NCBI GenBank assembly: GCA_964016885.1 | Contig: OZ024742.1 | Coordinates: 54,498,001 to 54,562,000 of the forward strand | Length of the DNA: 64,000 nt | Reading direction: 5' to 3' | Origin: Eledone cirrhosa | Lineage: Eukaryota | Shown: positions 31,748 to 56,351 of the stretch, in pieces | Numbering within the stretch: the stretch's first letter is position 1 | How the letters are laid out: the number at the start of each line of letters is the position of its first letter | The notes under the pieces: generated by a model | The model's database searches: none | Told to the model about the DNA's origin: nothing | The model's input: the letters and a program-made list of their open reading frames with translations, nothing else | Position numbers and translations under genes: made by a program

Positions 31748-33118
31748 TATAAGATCAAAAGATGGTTAAAGGAGTTCCATATATTTTATTATGCGCATTT
31801 CAAAAACAAACATCATCAAGCAATAATATTTGTGTTTTCATCAGATAAAACAGGAGAACATGATATGAAGGTTAAAAAACACTTGTTGATAGTGCAGTTT
31901 TAAATCAACATATGAAAAGTGGTTTTAGATTGATGTGTGATATTGGGAAAAATATTTTATTTAGAGAGGGGGGGGAAAGGATGAGAAGGGAAGGAGATGA
32001 GAGGGAGAGATGGGTGATAGAGAGAAAGAGATAGTTTTTATAACTGAGAGGAGATATATTTTTTATATAGAGGGGTTGAAAACCGTTGGAAGATACTGTA
32101 TAAATTAAAAATTTTGAAAATTAACGAAGGGGGGATATGTGCGAGGAAAAAATATTTTATTTAGGGAGGGGGGGTGGAAAGGAAGAAAAAAAAGGGGGAG
32201 GAGATGAGAGTGAAGGTGGAGAGGGAGAGATGGGTGATAGAGAGAAAGAGATAGTTTTTATAACTGAGAAAAAGATATATTGTTTTAATATAGAGAGGTT
32301 GGGAACCGTTGGAAGATAATGTATAAATTAAAGGAATTTAAAAATTAACGAAGGGAAATTATGTATGAAGATAGAGAGAAAAAAATAATAATTGTGGGTG
32401 AATATTCTAACGTCAAAAGAAGAAATGTATGTATTGTGGCAATTTCAAAATTAGCAAAGAGAGGAATGTTAAGGTTTATGTGTAGAAGGATTTGAGAAAA
32501 ATAATGTGAAGTTAAAGTTTGTATATTGAATTCATATGTATTAATAATGAGTTCGTTTTTTTTTTTTTGTTTTTTTTTTGTTTTCATCCTTCCCCCCCCC
32601 CCCCTCCCTAAATAAAATATTTTTTCATCGCACATATCCCCCCTTCGTTAATTTTCAAAATTTTAAATTTATACAGTATCTTCCAACGGTTTTCAACCCC
32701 TCTATATAAAAAATATATCTCCTCTCAGTTATTAAAACTATCTCTTTCTCTCTATCACCCATCTCTCCCTCTCATCTCCTTGCCTTCTCATCCTTTCCCC
32801 CCCCCCTCTCTAAATAAAATATTTTTCCCAATATCACACATCAATCTAAAACCACTTTTCATATGTTGATTTAAAACTGCACTATCAACGAGTGTTTTTT
32901 AGCCTTCATATCATGTTCTCCTGTTTTATCTGATGAAAACACAAATATTATTGCTTGATGATGTTTGTTTTTGAAATGCGCATAATAAAATATATGGAAC
33001 TCCTTTAACCATCTTTTTGATCTTATATTATGCATACTCCAGTCCCACAAACTGTAGAGTGCTTCTTATCCGATATCTGCATTGCTTTATTGTACTACAA
33101 TAAAACTCACCTCCTACA
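31748..33118. mobile_element. Head-to-head pair of Hydra-like 1 3' UTR/pLTR fragments around a T-rich spacer
   Basis: 31748-32555 (minus) and ~32580-33118 (plus) match 54830-55572; HHRs at 31784-31850 and 32924-32990. Confidence 0.88.
32924..32990 (+). ncRNA. HHR of the Hydra-like 1 pLTR (copy 55473-55539 has U16.1>C)
   Basis: TTTTAT-CTGATGA-long AT-rich stem II-GAAA-TGCGCA-TA-ATAAAA. Confidence 0.8.
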
Positions 33119-33148
33119 TATATGTATGTATATATATATTTATATATG

Positions 33149-33188
<40 letters not shown>

Positions 33189-33190
33189 TA

Positions 33191-34131
33191 TTGGAATAAA
33201 TGCTCTGAAATAGCGATATATATGTGAATATAGACATAGAATATTCGAAAATATTCTGTATGTTTATAATAAACATTTTGAAGACCTAATCGCTATATAA
33301 TAGAATACGTCACGTATTACAATTAGATTCTCGATAAAAGCAAGGGAAGTAATCTACGCGTTTCATTCTTATTAGAAATCTTCAGGATTACATATCCAGT
33401 GCTTTTATCGAGAATGACACAGCTAGAGACTTATAGAATACTTAGCTGTGTACAGGAACTGGTTTGAAAGAGCGGTTGCCGGTCCGGCAGAAATTAGAAA
33501 TTGGAATAAATGCTCTGAAATAGCGATATATATGTGAATATAGACATAGAATATTCGAAAATATTCTGTATGTTTATAATAAACAGTTCCTGTACACAGC
33601 TAAGTATTCTATAAGTCTCTAGCTGTGTCATTCTCGATAAAAGCACTGGATATGTAATCCTGAAGATTTCTAATAAGAATGAAAAGCGTAGATTACTTCC
33701 CTTGCTTTTATCGAGAATCTAATTGTAATACGTGACGTATTCTATTATATAGCGATTAGGTCTTCAAAATGTTTATTATAAACATACAGAATATTTTCGA
33801 ATATTCTATGTCTATATTCACATATATATCGCTATTTCAGAGCATTTATTCCAATTTCTAATTTCTGCCGGACCGGCAACCGCTCTTTCAAACCAGTTCC
33901 TGTACACAGCTAAGTATTCTATAAGTCTCTAGCTGTGTCATTCTCGATAAAAGCACTGGATATGTAATCCTGAAGATTTCTAATAAGAATGAAACGCGTA
34001 GATTACTTCCCTTGCTTTTATCGAGAATCTAATTGTAATACGTGACGTATTCTATTATATAGCGATTAGGTCTTCAAAATGTTTATTATAAACATACAGA
34101 ATATTTTCTAATATTCTATGTCTATATTCAC
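33191..34131. mobile_element. Retrozyme-like family E: 310-bp monomer, tandem plus inverted array
   Basis: Period 310 (33191/33501; 33654/33964); orientation switches at ~33585. Confidence 0.9.
33964..34006 (+). ncRNA. HHR of family E (copies 33654-33696 plus, 33349-33391 minus)
   Basis: GTAATC-CTGAAGA-TTTCT aata AGAAT-GAAA-CGCG-TA-GATTAC. Confidence 0.88.
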
Positions 34132-34200
<69 letters not shown>

Positions 34201-34205
34201 TATAA

Positions 34206-34329
<124 letters not shown>

Positions 34330-34414
34330 GTATATATATATTAATAAGAGGAATTCCAACTTTGTCTGAATTACTCGTTTTATTTACAATCCTTTAAAAC
34401 ATATATAATGGTAT

Positions 34415-35160
34415 TTCGTTTCTGAATTTGTTTAGCAAGATTCTTTATCTGAAATCGTGTGTAGAAACCGATATTGTTATACTTTGGGAGGGTCATGTTG
34501 CCAATAAGAAACACACGCACCAGTTGCTTTCACTTCAATTTAATTTATTATACATCCATAAATTTACAAATTTATAAATTTCTGGTTGGCTGGTTGGCTC
34601 CACAACCAGACAGCTGTTTATATATATATAGCCACAGTTCCCTCGTCACACACTCTGCGACCTCCCCAGCGACTGGGGATTTCTCTCTCCGTTCCCGCGC
34701 CCCTCCTCTCCTCTATCCCACGCCATCCTGTTTGTGTGTGGGTTGCGCGCTCAGTCCGCGCATGCGCTACATCCGGGCGACTGTGTGCGCCTGTGTTCAT
34801 CCCTCTATAAAAAAAAAAAAAAAAAAATAGAGGGATGAACACAGGCGCACACAGACGCCCGGATGTGGCGCATGCGCGGACTGAGCGCGCAACCCACACA
34901 CAAACAGGATGGCGTGGGATAGAGGAGAGGAGGGGCGCGGGAACGGAGAGAGAAATCCGCAGTCGCTGGGGAGGTCGCAGAGTGTGTGACGAGGGAACTG
35001 TGGCTATATATATATAAACAGCTGTCTGGTTGTGGAGCCAACCAGCCAACCAGAAATTTATAAATTTGTAAATTTATGGATGTATAATAAATTAAATTGA
35101 AGTGAAAGCAACTGGTGCGTGTGTTTATTATTGGCAACATGACCCTCCCAAAGTATAACA
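34415..35160. mobile_element. Head-to-head pair of A>G-hypermutated Nematis-like pLTRs with an A19 spacer and a 14-bp target-site duplication
   Basis: ATATATAATGGTAT at 34401-34414 and 35161-35174; arms match 23995-24329 apart from A>G changes. Confidence 0.93.
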
Positions 35161-35338
35161 ATATATAATGGTATTATAATGAAATAGTATGATAGAATAT
35201 TAAATTCTAAGTGTTAATGGAACAAGTACTTTTATGCTTTCGCAATCTTCAGGTTCATGATATGTGGCGACAGTCGAGTTTGCAATTTTCAACTGTAATG
35301 AGATGATTTTCAACTGTAAATATATGTATATATATATG

Positions 35339-35399
<61 letters not shown>

Positions 35400-35416
35400 A
35401 TATATATATATGTATA

Positions 35417-35599
<183 letters not shown>

Positions 35600-35688
35600 G
35601 AATATATATATATATGTATATATATATGTATATATATATGTATATATATATATGTATATATATATGTATGTATATATATATGTATATA

Positions 35689-35797
<109 letters not shown>

Positions 35798-35846
35798 GTA
35801 TATATATATGTATATATATATGTATATATATATATATATGTATATA

Positions 35847-35891
<45 letters not shown>

Positions 35892-36210
35892 GTATATATT
35901 TATGTATATATATATGTATATATATGTATATATATATATATATATGTTTATATATATGTATATATATATAGAGAGAGAGAAAGGATAAAAAGGAAGATTG
36001 ATTATTCCTTCATTGCATTTATTGATAGGTGACGCGCGTTTCGCCACTGATCAGCTCAAGGTTCGATCTATATCGATCCTACCCGACTCAATAAACGGCA
36101 GCTGGACGGACCCTCGTAAAATGCTATAAGAAAATGAAATACATGCTACGTAGTAAAGTCAGAGTTTCAAGAGTTTGACAAAATGAGTTGTTTTGATTGG
36201 TGGGGTGGAT

Positions 36211-36399
<189 letters not shown>

Positions 36400-36400
36400 G

Positions 36401-36452
<52 letters not shown>

Positions 36453-36486
36453 TTACAGTAATCAAAGTTCAGTTTAAGTCATTTAT

Positions 36487-36535
36487 TTGCTTACAATTGT
36501 TTCCTCCAAACCGAGGTTTGTATTCTTCGGAGCAA
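36487..36535 (-). ncRNA. Degenerate HHR (U4>C)
   Basis: TTGCT-CCGAAGA-ata CAAACC tc GGTTTG gag-GAAA-CAATTG-TA-AGCAA. Confidence 0.6.
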
Positions 36536-38069
36536 CTATTTATAACATACTTGACCTCCTTTTCAACCCAAGAGACACATAAAACATATGCGCATATTGA
36601 TCAACAGTGGGGTGACATTCATCAAATGATATAGCATGGCAATTTACATGTAAAGGTTACAGGATAAAAATAAAATAAAAACAAGAGTGAAAATAAGAGT
36701 GAAAATAAAGATAAACATGAAGCGTTGGCAGTCTATGAAGATAAAGCAAGAGGAAAGCTTAGAGTAGTCAGTGTATGAAACAATCTCCCGTGTAGCATAC
36801 ACGCGTGTCTTATCTATACATGATTAGAGTGCGTCAGAACGATATTTGCAGGGTCAGGCAGTTGAAGCAGGCAATCGATCTTATTATGTAGGCTGAATTA
36901 TTAAGTCATTTATTCTCATACATCTGTATGATATACAGTCTCGGATGCGGGGAAACACCAAAATATCTAAAACTTCAACATACTATAAACCTTATTGTAT
37001 CGTAGGCAAGGCCGTACCACTGTCCTTGCTCACACCACCACTCACATAATCCATGAGACGCAATATATATATAGAGAACACGCGTCTATCGTATAATTCG
37101 CGGTGGTTCAGCATATAGTCAAGCTATAAACCGTATCCAGTCGGTTCTTAATTAATATATCATGCTGTCCAGATTCCGGAAGTGCCTGAATGACTAAGGG
37201 GAATTAATGCGTAAGGGGAGGTAACTAGCTAGTTATCTTAGTTACATTACTATCCTAAACCATATTAATGGTGATTCAAATACGTGCCTATCATGTGAAG
37301 TTATAACTAATATCTAGAGTATGTTACCCATTTATAGGTTAGAGAGTTGTCCATTAAGAAGTACAAGGGTGTATATATTAGGATGATTACCATCCATTAA
37401 TTAAAGGGTGTCATATCTGAACGTTCTATAAGAGGAGTCAGACTCTCAAGTCACTGCTCCATGCAAATGTAATATAACAGTAGGACCTGGTATGGTCCCA
37501 CTATTATATATGCCACCCGGTAGGCTCCGGGTCATTGCATGCCTGCATCTCCAGTAAATCTTCGGTATGGTCCGGAGATCCAATCTCTCATATAAATGCA
37601 CTAGTCTGGCCATCAAGCAATAGACAACCCCCGTCTCAAATATAAATCAATTATGTATCACATCTACAAGCTAGAGTGGAGTCTATTAATAGGTACTAAA
37701 GGAGTTCACATCAGGATGATTACGTGCATAATTCATTGAACTGATCGCTTACAGTATATATTCACTTAACAATACGATTATCTATCTAATCATCAATCTA
37801 TCTCTTGGTGGTAATCCATGCACAGGACTATGCTATCGCAACCAGTACCGTGTCCCCAATTTATACTAATCTTATATTTGTGCAATGCAGAATAAGTAGT
37901 CCACGGTCGAGATATCAGTATTAGAGGTACAAGGGGTATTCCCAGGGTAGGTGGTACTAAAATGCTGTCAGTATTATCTTTAGAGTATAGAAATGGGTGT
38001 GGATGTGAGGTGTAAGGTGTGCTACTGATGTTAATTGCTAGGGGTGGTGCCGGTTCCAGTCTGACATTA

Positions 38070-39119
38070 TTATATATAGGGTTTAAAGTTTTGGAACGAG
38101 TGTCGGAAGCGGTGGTGGCAATTTGCGAACACTTCTGATTTTTTATTAAGGAGATTATGTTTAGAGAAGATGATAGTATGGGTCTCTAGTAGACAGATGT
38201 TACAAAATTTATCAGGTGGTTTGTACGATGTTGCACTACCTACCACTTCCCACTTAAGTGTATATATTTTATTTTTAGTTTTTAGATAGTGTATGTAGCT
38301 AGATAGTGAAGTGGAGTTGGCTAGACTGTGTTTTTTGAAAGAGTGGAGGTGCGAATTGTATCTAGTTTTGAAGCAGTTAGAAGTGGAGCCTATGTAGGTT
38401 TCAGAAGAGCTGTTAGTTGTGACTGTACATGAGTATATGATATCCTTGGTTAAGCATCTTTTATCTAAAGGGCAGGTTCTACTTGATCTACAGTTACAAT
38501 TACTCTGGGTGCTAGTCTGCCGGTTACTATGCTGTGTAGAAGTTTGGATGTTAGCTATAGGGTTATGGTTATGCGGGTTGTGGTACGCAGCGTTAATGTT
38601 TACACTAGTGCTATTACTATTATTTCCATTGATATTACGGTTATTTGTTATAATGTTACTTTGACTGTTATTTTGAATGTTATTTTGAAGGTTTATCGAC
38701 CGTTGTGATTTAGTTTGTTGGAAGTAAGAATTAATTTTTCTTTTATTTGTACTAGCTATGTGGTATGCTAAGTTAGGCGTAGTAGAGTATGAGATCTTAA
38801 TAGTGTTTTTGTTTAAAAGGCCGTGGTACCTGTGGCCGGATGGGAAGTGTTTATCTAGTAGTGAGAAGAAAGCCCTAGGAAGGTTGGTAGAGACGTTTAA
38901 ATTGAAAGGAGGGTTGAAAAATGTATTATTTCTTCTTCTATTTCTGTTTTACATGTCTGGTGATTTGTTTCCTTTAATGTTCCTAAGGTCATTTCTGTGG
39001 TGCGGGTTACTCTTGTTGTTACAATCCCTATTAGTGTGTGTGCAGTTGCTATTCCTATTATTAAATTTTCCCATGGACATGTTGTGTGAAATGATGTTGT
39101 AGCTATGTGTTTTTGTAGG
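38070..39119 (-). pseudogene. PLE linker + GIY-YIG C-terminus (missed by the ORF track; stop at 38949)
   Basis: Manual translation: FNPPF...NKNTIKISYSTTPNL...NCNCRSSRTCPLDKRCL..DIIYSCTV...TYIGSTSNCFKTRYNSH...CNICLLE...LLNKKSE..CHH. Confidence 0.88.
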
Positions 39120-45269
<6,150 letters not shown>

Positions 45270-45378
45270 ATATATATTTATATATGTATATATATATGTA
45301 TATATATGTATATATATATGTATATATAACGAGTAAATAAAACGAGTAAATGAGACAAAGTTGGAATTCCTCTTATTA

Positions 45379-45604
<226 letters not shown>

Positions 45605-45835
45605 TAATAAGAGGAATTCCAACTTTGTCTCATTTACTCGTTTTATTTACAATTCTTTAAAATATATATAATGGTATTATAATGAAATAGTATGATAGAA
45701 TATTAAATTCTAAGTGTTAATTGAACAAGTACTTTCATGCTTTCGCAATCTTCAGGTTCATGATATGTGGTGACAGTCGAGTTTGCAATTTTCAACTGTA
45801 ATGATAATGAGATGATTTTCAACTGTAAATATATG

Positions 45836-45910
<75 letters not shown>

Positions 45911-45933
45911 GTATATGTATATATATATATATG

Positions 45934-46032
<99 letters not shown>

Positions 46033-46080
46033 ATATGTATACATATATATATGTATATATATATATGTATATATATATGA

Positions 46081-46112
<32 letters not shown>

Positions 46113-46167
46113 GTATATATATATATGTATATATATATGTATGTATATATATATGTATATATATATG

Positions 46168-46235
<68 letters not shown>

Positions 46236-46247
46236 TATATATATATG

Positions 46248-46346
<99 letters not shown>

Positions 46347-46395
46347 GTATATATATATGTATATATATATGTATATATATATATATATGTATATA

Positions 46396-46440
<45 letters not shown>

Positions 46441-46755
46441 GTATATATTTATGTATATATATATGTATATATATGTATATATATATATATATGTATATAT
46501 ATATGTATATATATATAGAGAGAGAAAGGATAAAAAGGAAGATTGATTATTCCTTCATTGCATTTATTGATAGGCGACGCGCGTTTCGCCACTGATCAGC
46601 TCAAGGTTCGATCTATATCGATCCTACCCGACTCAATAATCGGCAGCTGGACGGACCCTCTTAAAATGCTATAAGAAAATGAAATACATGCTATGTAGTA
46701 AAGTCAGAGTTTCAAGAGTTTGACAAAATGAGTTGTTTTGATTGGTGGGGTGGAT

Positions 46756-46832
<77 letters not shown>

Positions 46833-46837
<5 letters not shown>

Positions 46838-48335
46838 CGAAAAAACGAAGATAATTAGTCATATGTGGAGCGTGGAGAACAAAACCACGTAAATGGTATA
46901 GCAGAAATCGTAGACTAAAATTCTAACTAGGAGACCAAATGAATCTCCGCTACAGAGTTAAGAACAAAGTAAATAAATACAATACAGAAGTAATAGGAAC
47001 AAATAAATACATACACGCAAACAGATACGTACATACACAAGCATACGCAAAACCTTACCATGGGTATACAAAACCACGCACATATAAATATGTGTGTGTG
47101 TGTGTATGCTTGTGTACAAATAAATAAATAATTATATAAACGTATATAAGTAAATAAATACGTATATAACAAGCGCACACGAATACCTACATATAAATAC
47201 ACGAATGTTCGGAGACGTAACTCAACTAAAACAAGAAGTACACATATACACACGCCCACCATACGTACGAACCTGCACACTCACGCGGACGCAAAACTCC
47301 CGTATACACATAGCCAAACCCTAAATACCAGAATATGTAAAAATTATACGCTATAACAGTCAAATATACGTACGAGAAGGTATACATACCTTCACAAAAC
47401 ATACGGGTAATATATACTTACCTATGCAAATAGGTAAAGGAATAAACAAAACATATACTTAGCTCCCACATCAAGACGTAAAATATCCACGTATAGATCG
47501 TGCTATCCGTTAGGGTATAACGTGGGGCTGTAATACAGGAAGGTTTTGTGCAATTTATGTTTACAAGCCGAAATTGCCTCAGATTTTTTGTTTAAGATGT
47601 GGTCTGTAGCGTAGAATATTTCCAGGGCTTCAGCGGCGTAGAAGTCACATGGTTTTTTATTTCCGTTATACGATCTAGCCCTAACTAGGATCTCCCTGTG
47701 TAACTTATATTGGGTGTGGTTGTCTTTTAGACTCCAGATATAAGCTGAAAGTGACGTCATATTCCTTCTTAGAGGGTAACGAAAAGAATGGGTATGCATG
47801 TAAAGACGCTGCTTGAAACTATTGGCGGTTAACCCTATGTAGGCCCTACGGGACGTGGGTGTTACAACCTTACATTTGTAGACAATGTTACTAGAGAGGC
47901 ATATCCCGGATAGGGGGCAATCAGCCCGATTCCTACAATTACAGTTAGTACTAACTACAGGGTTGCACGTGTTCCTACGGCTAGGTAGTTTAGCTAAATT
48001 TGAAGCTGTGATGTTATGTGCAAGGTTCGGAGTCGTAGAGTAAGAAATTTTAATAGTATTTCTATTAAAAAATTTACCATATTTATGTGTAGGGGGAAAA
48101 TGCTTCGTAATAAGGGAAAGAAAGATCTTAGCTAATGGTGTGGCCACCTCCATATTATATGGTGGGTTAAACCAACAAATGCGACGGGATCTATTTCTTC
48201 TAGGTCTATTTTAGTACACTGTATATGCTACCTTATCGACAAATCCACTTCGAGCAAGAGCTTCATTGTAATAAGTGGAATGGTCGTTGAAAATGCGCTC
48301 GTTGGTGGAAATACGGGAAAGCCTCAACGAAAATA
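46833..48335 (-). mobile_element. Truncated Hydra-like PLE family 3 (thumb, linker, GIY-YIG, 3' UTR)
   Basis: RLSRISTNERIF..YYNEALARSGF, WFNPPY, NCNCRNRADCPLSGIC, IVYKCKV..AYIGLT; coding part 47503-48335. Confidence 0.87.
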
Positions 48336-48726
48336 CCATAAACGTGGTTTTGTCTTTGCGCGTAATTGTTTTTCACCGCTCCTATTAATGACGTATTATT
48401 CGTTTTTTCCCGTTCTTTGCCAGCGAACGTTACCACGAACCAAAGTATCGTCTTCCTGTCTTCCTCCGGTTGCAACGTTTTTTGAAATATCTAGTTCTGC
48501 GTTTACAGATTGACTTTGTTAGTTTCAGAAGATCCCGTTAAGGGTGAAAGCAGCGATTCTTTGCTTAAACTTTAATCTGTTATTTTAATAAATATTTGCT
48601 CAACGGTTCTTATATGTTTGATATATATTTTCCTTATCGAGCCCTCTTTGGATTTTAGTCTTCAATTTTATTATTATTACTATATATATACATATATATG
48701 TATATATTTATATGTATATATATATG

Positions 48727-48783
<57 letters not shown>

Positions 48784-49345
48784 TATAATGAAATGACAGG
48801 AGGCTGGATTTGTGTAAATCCTTGAAAGGTTTATTATACTATGATCATTTCAATGACCGGGTTCCGTATGAATCCGGTGATATCATCAGGTATTCGAAAT
48901 ATAATACGTGAATGTAATAGGTAAAATCCATGGGGCTGAAAATCGAGACCCGAGGGCGACCGCTATTCTGTTCCTTCAACCTCAGCCGGTCGCCCTGGAG
49001 TGACGTGGCTAAATTTTATAGTATGCTACTACCGGTCAGATGAACGAAAACAGAAAGAGATGGGAGCATAGGTTAGCGTCGATCCCATGACACAAGGTAA
49101 AAGAAAGAAAGAAAGGAAGGAGAAGAAGGGGGAAGAAAGAAGAAGAGAAGTCAGGGTTAATGTCAGCTAAAAGAGGAAGGTAACTACTACTGGTCAGATA
49201 TAGGCAAGCAAGAGGGGGAAGGAAGATAAGTCTGCAGGGAGGAGGAGAGGAGAGAACTGCTTTACGTTGAGTACTCTCTATATTATTGCATTACGATTGA
49301 CCATACGGAATAGACCAGCTCTATACAGTGGTGAACCTCAAACCT
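48784..49345 (-). mobile_element. Non-coding PLE-type 3' end or non-autonomous element (family H)
   Basis: Unique insert in (TA)n that ends in an HHR plus AATAAA. Confidence 0.7.
48836..48893 (-). ncRNA. Hammerhead ribozyme (family H)
   Basis: ATAC-CTGATGA-TATCACCGG...CCGGTCATT-GAAA-TGATCA-TA-GTAT. Confidence 0.82.
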
Positions 49346-49386
49346 GAATAAATATATATGTATATATATGTATATATATCTATATA

Positions 49387-49455
<69 letters not shown>

Positions 49456-49492
49456 GTATATATATGTATATATATATATATGTATATATATG

Positions 49493-49547
<55 letters not shown>

Positions 49548-49560
49548 GTATATATATATG

Positions 49561-49713
<153 letters not shown>

Positions 49714-49715
49714 GC

Positions 49716-49752
<37 letters not shown>

Positions 49753-49776
49753 TATGTATGTAAATATATATATATT

Positions 49777-49857
<81 letters not shown>

Positions 49858-49974
49858 GTATATATATGTATATATATATGTATATACATATATATATATA
49901 TATATGTATATACATATGTATATATATATGTATATATTTGTATATATATATGTATATACATATATATATATATG

Positions 49975-50023
<49 letters not shown>

Positions 50024-50072
50024 GTATATATATATGTATATACATATATATATATATATGTATATATATATG

Positions 50073-50143
<71 letters not shown>

Positions 50144-50165
50144 GTATATATATATGTATATATAT

Positions 50166-50227
<62 letters not shown>

Positions 50228-50228
<1 letters not shown>

Positions 50229-51659
50229 ACTTTGAATAACTTTGAAATGTTTTGGCCAGTATTGGCCCAGGCCATGTCTAACTTAATAGCACCACCTGGC
50301 GAAGTCTTTCAATTCAGGATTTGGGCACCATGGCCCACTCGAGAAGAGAATTACTGTTTGCGGAGACATATCCGGGTGTGGGTGGTTTGTCCGGGATTAC
50401 TTGGAGGAATTTGTCCAAAGACTTCTTGAATTTTGTGTGGTCAGTTTCTGTTTTGACGTGTCCTGGTGTGATGTTGAAGAGAGCAGGGCCGATTGAGGTG
50501 AAATAATTGTGCCGTATTGTTGTTACGAGTTGCAATTTAGATTTTTGAATGGGAAGGATAGCACGGGGCCCAAGCCTTGGGTGTATCTTGAAGGCGATGC
50601 CAACATCATTTGGGCAGTGATGATGGAACATTTTCCACATCATGCAGATAATATAACGCTCACGGCGACGTTGGAGTGAGTAAAGTTTCAGGTTTTCTAG
50701 TCGACCCCAGTAGTCAAGGTCTGACATGCCATCTATATTTTTCGTGATTGCCCTTTGAGGAGCTTCAAGTTTCATGATACTTTGTTTCGTGTGGGGAGAC
50801 CACAGTGGACAACAGTATTCAAGGTGTGGTCGGGCAAAAGTAGAGAAGAGAAGGATAATGGTGTGGGAATCTCTCGACTGGAAGGTTCTGAGGATCCAGG
50901 AACACATTCTGCGGGCCATGTCAACTTTGCTGCTTATATGAGTGGTCCAGCTTATGTTGCTGTCCACGGTTACTCCCAAGTCTCTGATGTTGTTAGATGC
51001 CACGAGAGTTTCCCCGGAGGGAAGGGAGTACGGGAGTTTCAGAGCATCCTCTTTTCCAAAGTGGATCAGTTCGAATTTGTCTTCGTTCAGTAACATGTTG
51101 TTCTTTTCCGCCCATTGGGTAACAGCCAGTAGGTCTGACTGAAGGCTTATCCGGTCATCCACGCCATTGATGACCTTTTGGAGCTTGGAATCATCAGCGA
51201 AAATTTTAATGTTGCTGTGTTTGATGATGTCAGTGATGTCATTAATATAGATGATGAAGAGAAGTGGGCCCAACACAGTGCCTTGTGGGACCCCACTACT
51301 GACTTTGGCTGGGCTGGATTTGACTCCTTCAACTACAACATGTTGGGTTCTATTTGACAGGAAGCTCTTGATCCACTGCAGCAGCTTTCCAGTGACCCCA
51401 ATATTGGACAGCTTTCTCAGTAGAATGTTATGATCAACCCTGTCAAAGGCCTTGCTGAAATCAAGGTAGATAACATCAGTGTTGGAACCTTCTCCCAAGG
51501 CTCTCAAAATGTCATCAAAGTGATGCAGTAGCTGCGTCAGGCAATCCCTTCCATTACGGAATCCATGCTGGTTGGAGTTCAGCATATTGTTACTCTCAAG
51601 GAAGTGGGTCATTCGCGATCTCACCACTCTCTCAAATACCTTAATGATATGAGAGGTGA
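50228..51659 (-). mobile_element. 5'-truncated copy of the CR1/L2-group LINE (open RT frame to 50314)
   Basis: Near-identical to 25446-26883; lacks the 25676 stop; same tail. Confidence 0.93.
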
Positions 51660-51685
51660 TATGTATATATATGTATATATATATA

Positions 51686-51805
<120 letters not shown>

Positions 51806-51822
51806 TGTATATATATAAATGT

Positions 51823-51934
<112 letters not shown>

Positions 51935-51935
51935 T

Positions 51936-51967
<32 letters not shown>

Positions 51968-52056
51968 CATATATATGTATGTATATATATATATGTATGT
52001 ATATATATATATATATATGTATGTATATATATATATATGTATATATATGTATGTAT

Positions 52057-55572
<3,516 letters not shown>

Positions 55573-55693
55573 ATATATATATATATATGTATATATATAT
55601 GTATATATATGTATATATATATGTATATACATATGTATATATATATGTATATACATATGTATATATATATGTATATATATGTATATATATATG

Positions 55694-55805
<112 letters not shown>

Positions 55806-55861
55806 TGTGTATGTATATATATATTTATATATGTATATATATGTATGTATATATATATATA

Positions 55862-56146
55862 TTTACGGTAGTGTCCAATCCTTATGAAGAACTCAATGTA
55901 ATCCGGATATCATGGAAAGAAGAGATGCATTCAAAAATCACTTTCGGTGAAAGATAAACGGAATACAGAGTCAAGATAAAATATTAAAAAAATAATGAAT
56001 AAAACAAAGAAACAGTTCCTTATATTAAACAAAAAAAGTTCATTATTTAACGATCGTTCTAGAAACGATCGTTAAATAATGAACTTTTTTGTTTAATATA
56101 AGGAACTGTTTCTTTGTTTTATTCATTATTTTTTAAATATTTTATT
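55862..56146. mobile_element. Short head-to-head insertion (palindrome ~55975-56145)
   Basis: ~85-bp arms centred on AACGATCGTTctagaAACGATCGTT. Confidence 0.65.
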
Positions 56147-56201
56147 GTATATATATATATATATAAATGTATATATATGTATATATATCTATATATATAT
56201 G

Positions 56202-56349
<148 letters not shown>

Positions 56350-56351
56350 CT

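Larger units (their letters stand above)
36450..39119 (-). mobile_element. 5'-truncated Hydra-like PLE family 2 with a long 3' UTR
   Basis: Coding remnant plus ~1.6-kb UTR ending in a degenerate HHR and AATAAA. Confidence 0.75.

Noticed and set aside
33191-34131. CRISPR-like or satellite interpretation of the tandem arrays (also 61538-63439)
   Set aside because: No unique spacers or cas genes; eukaryotic context; one HHR per monomer
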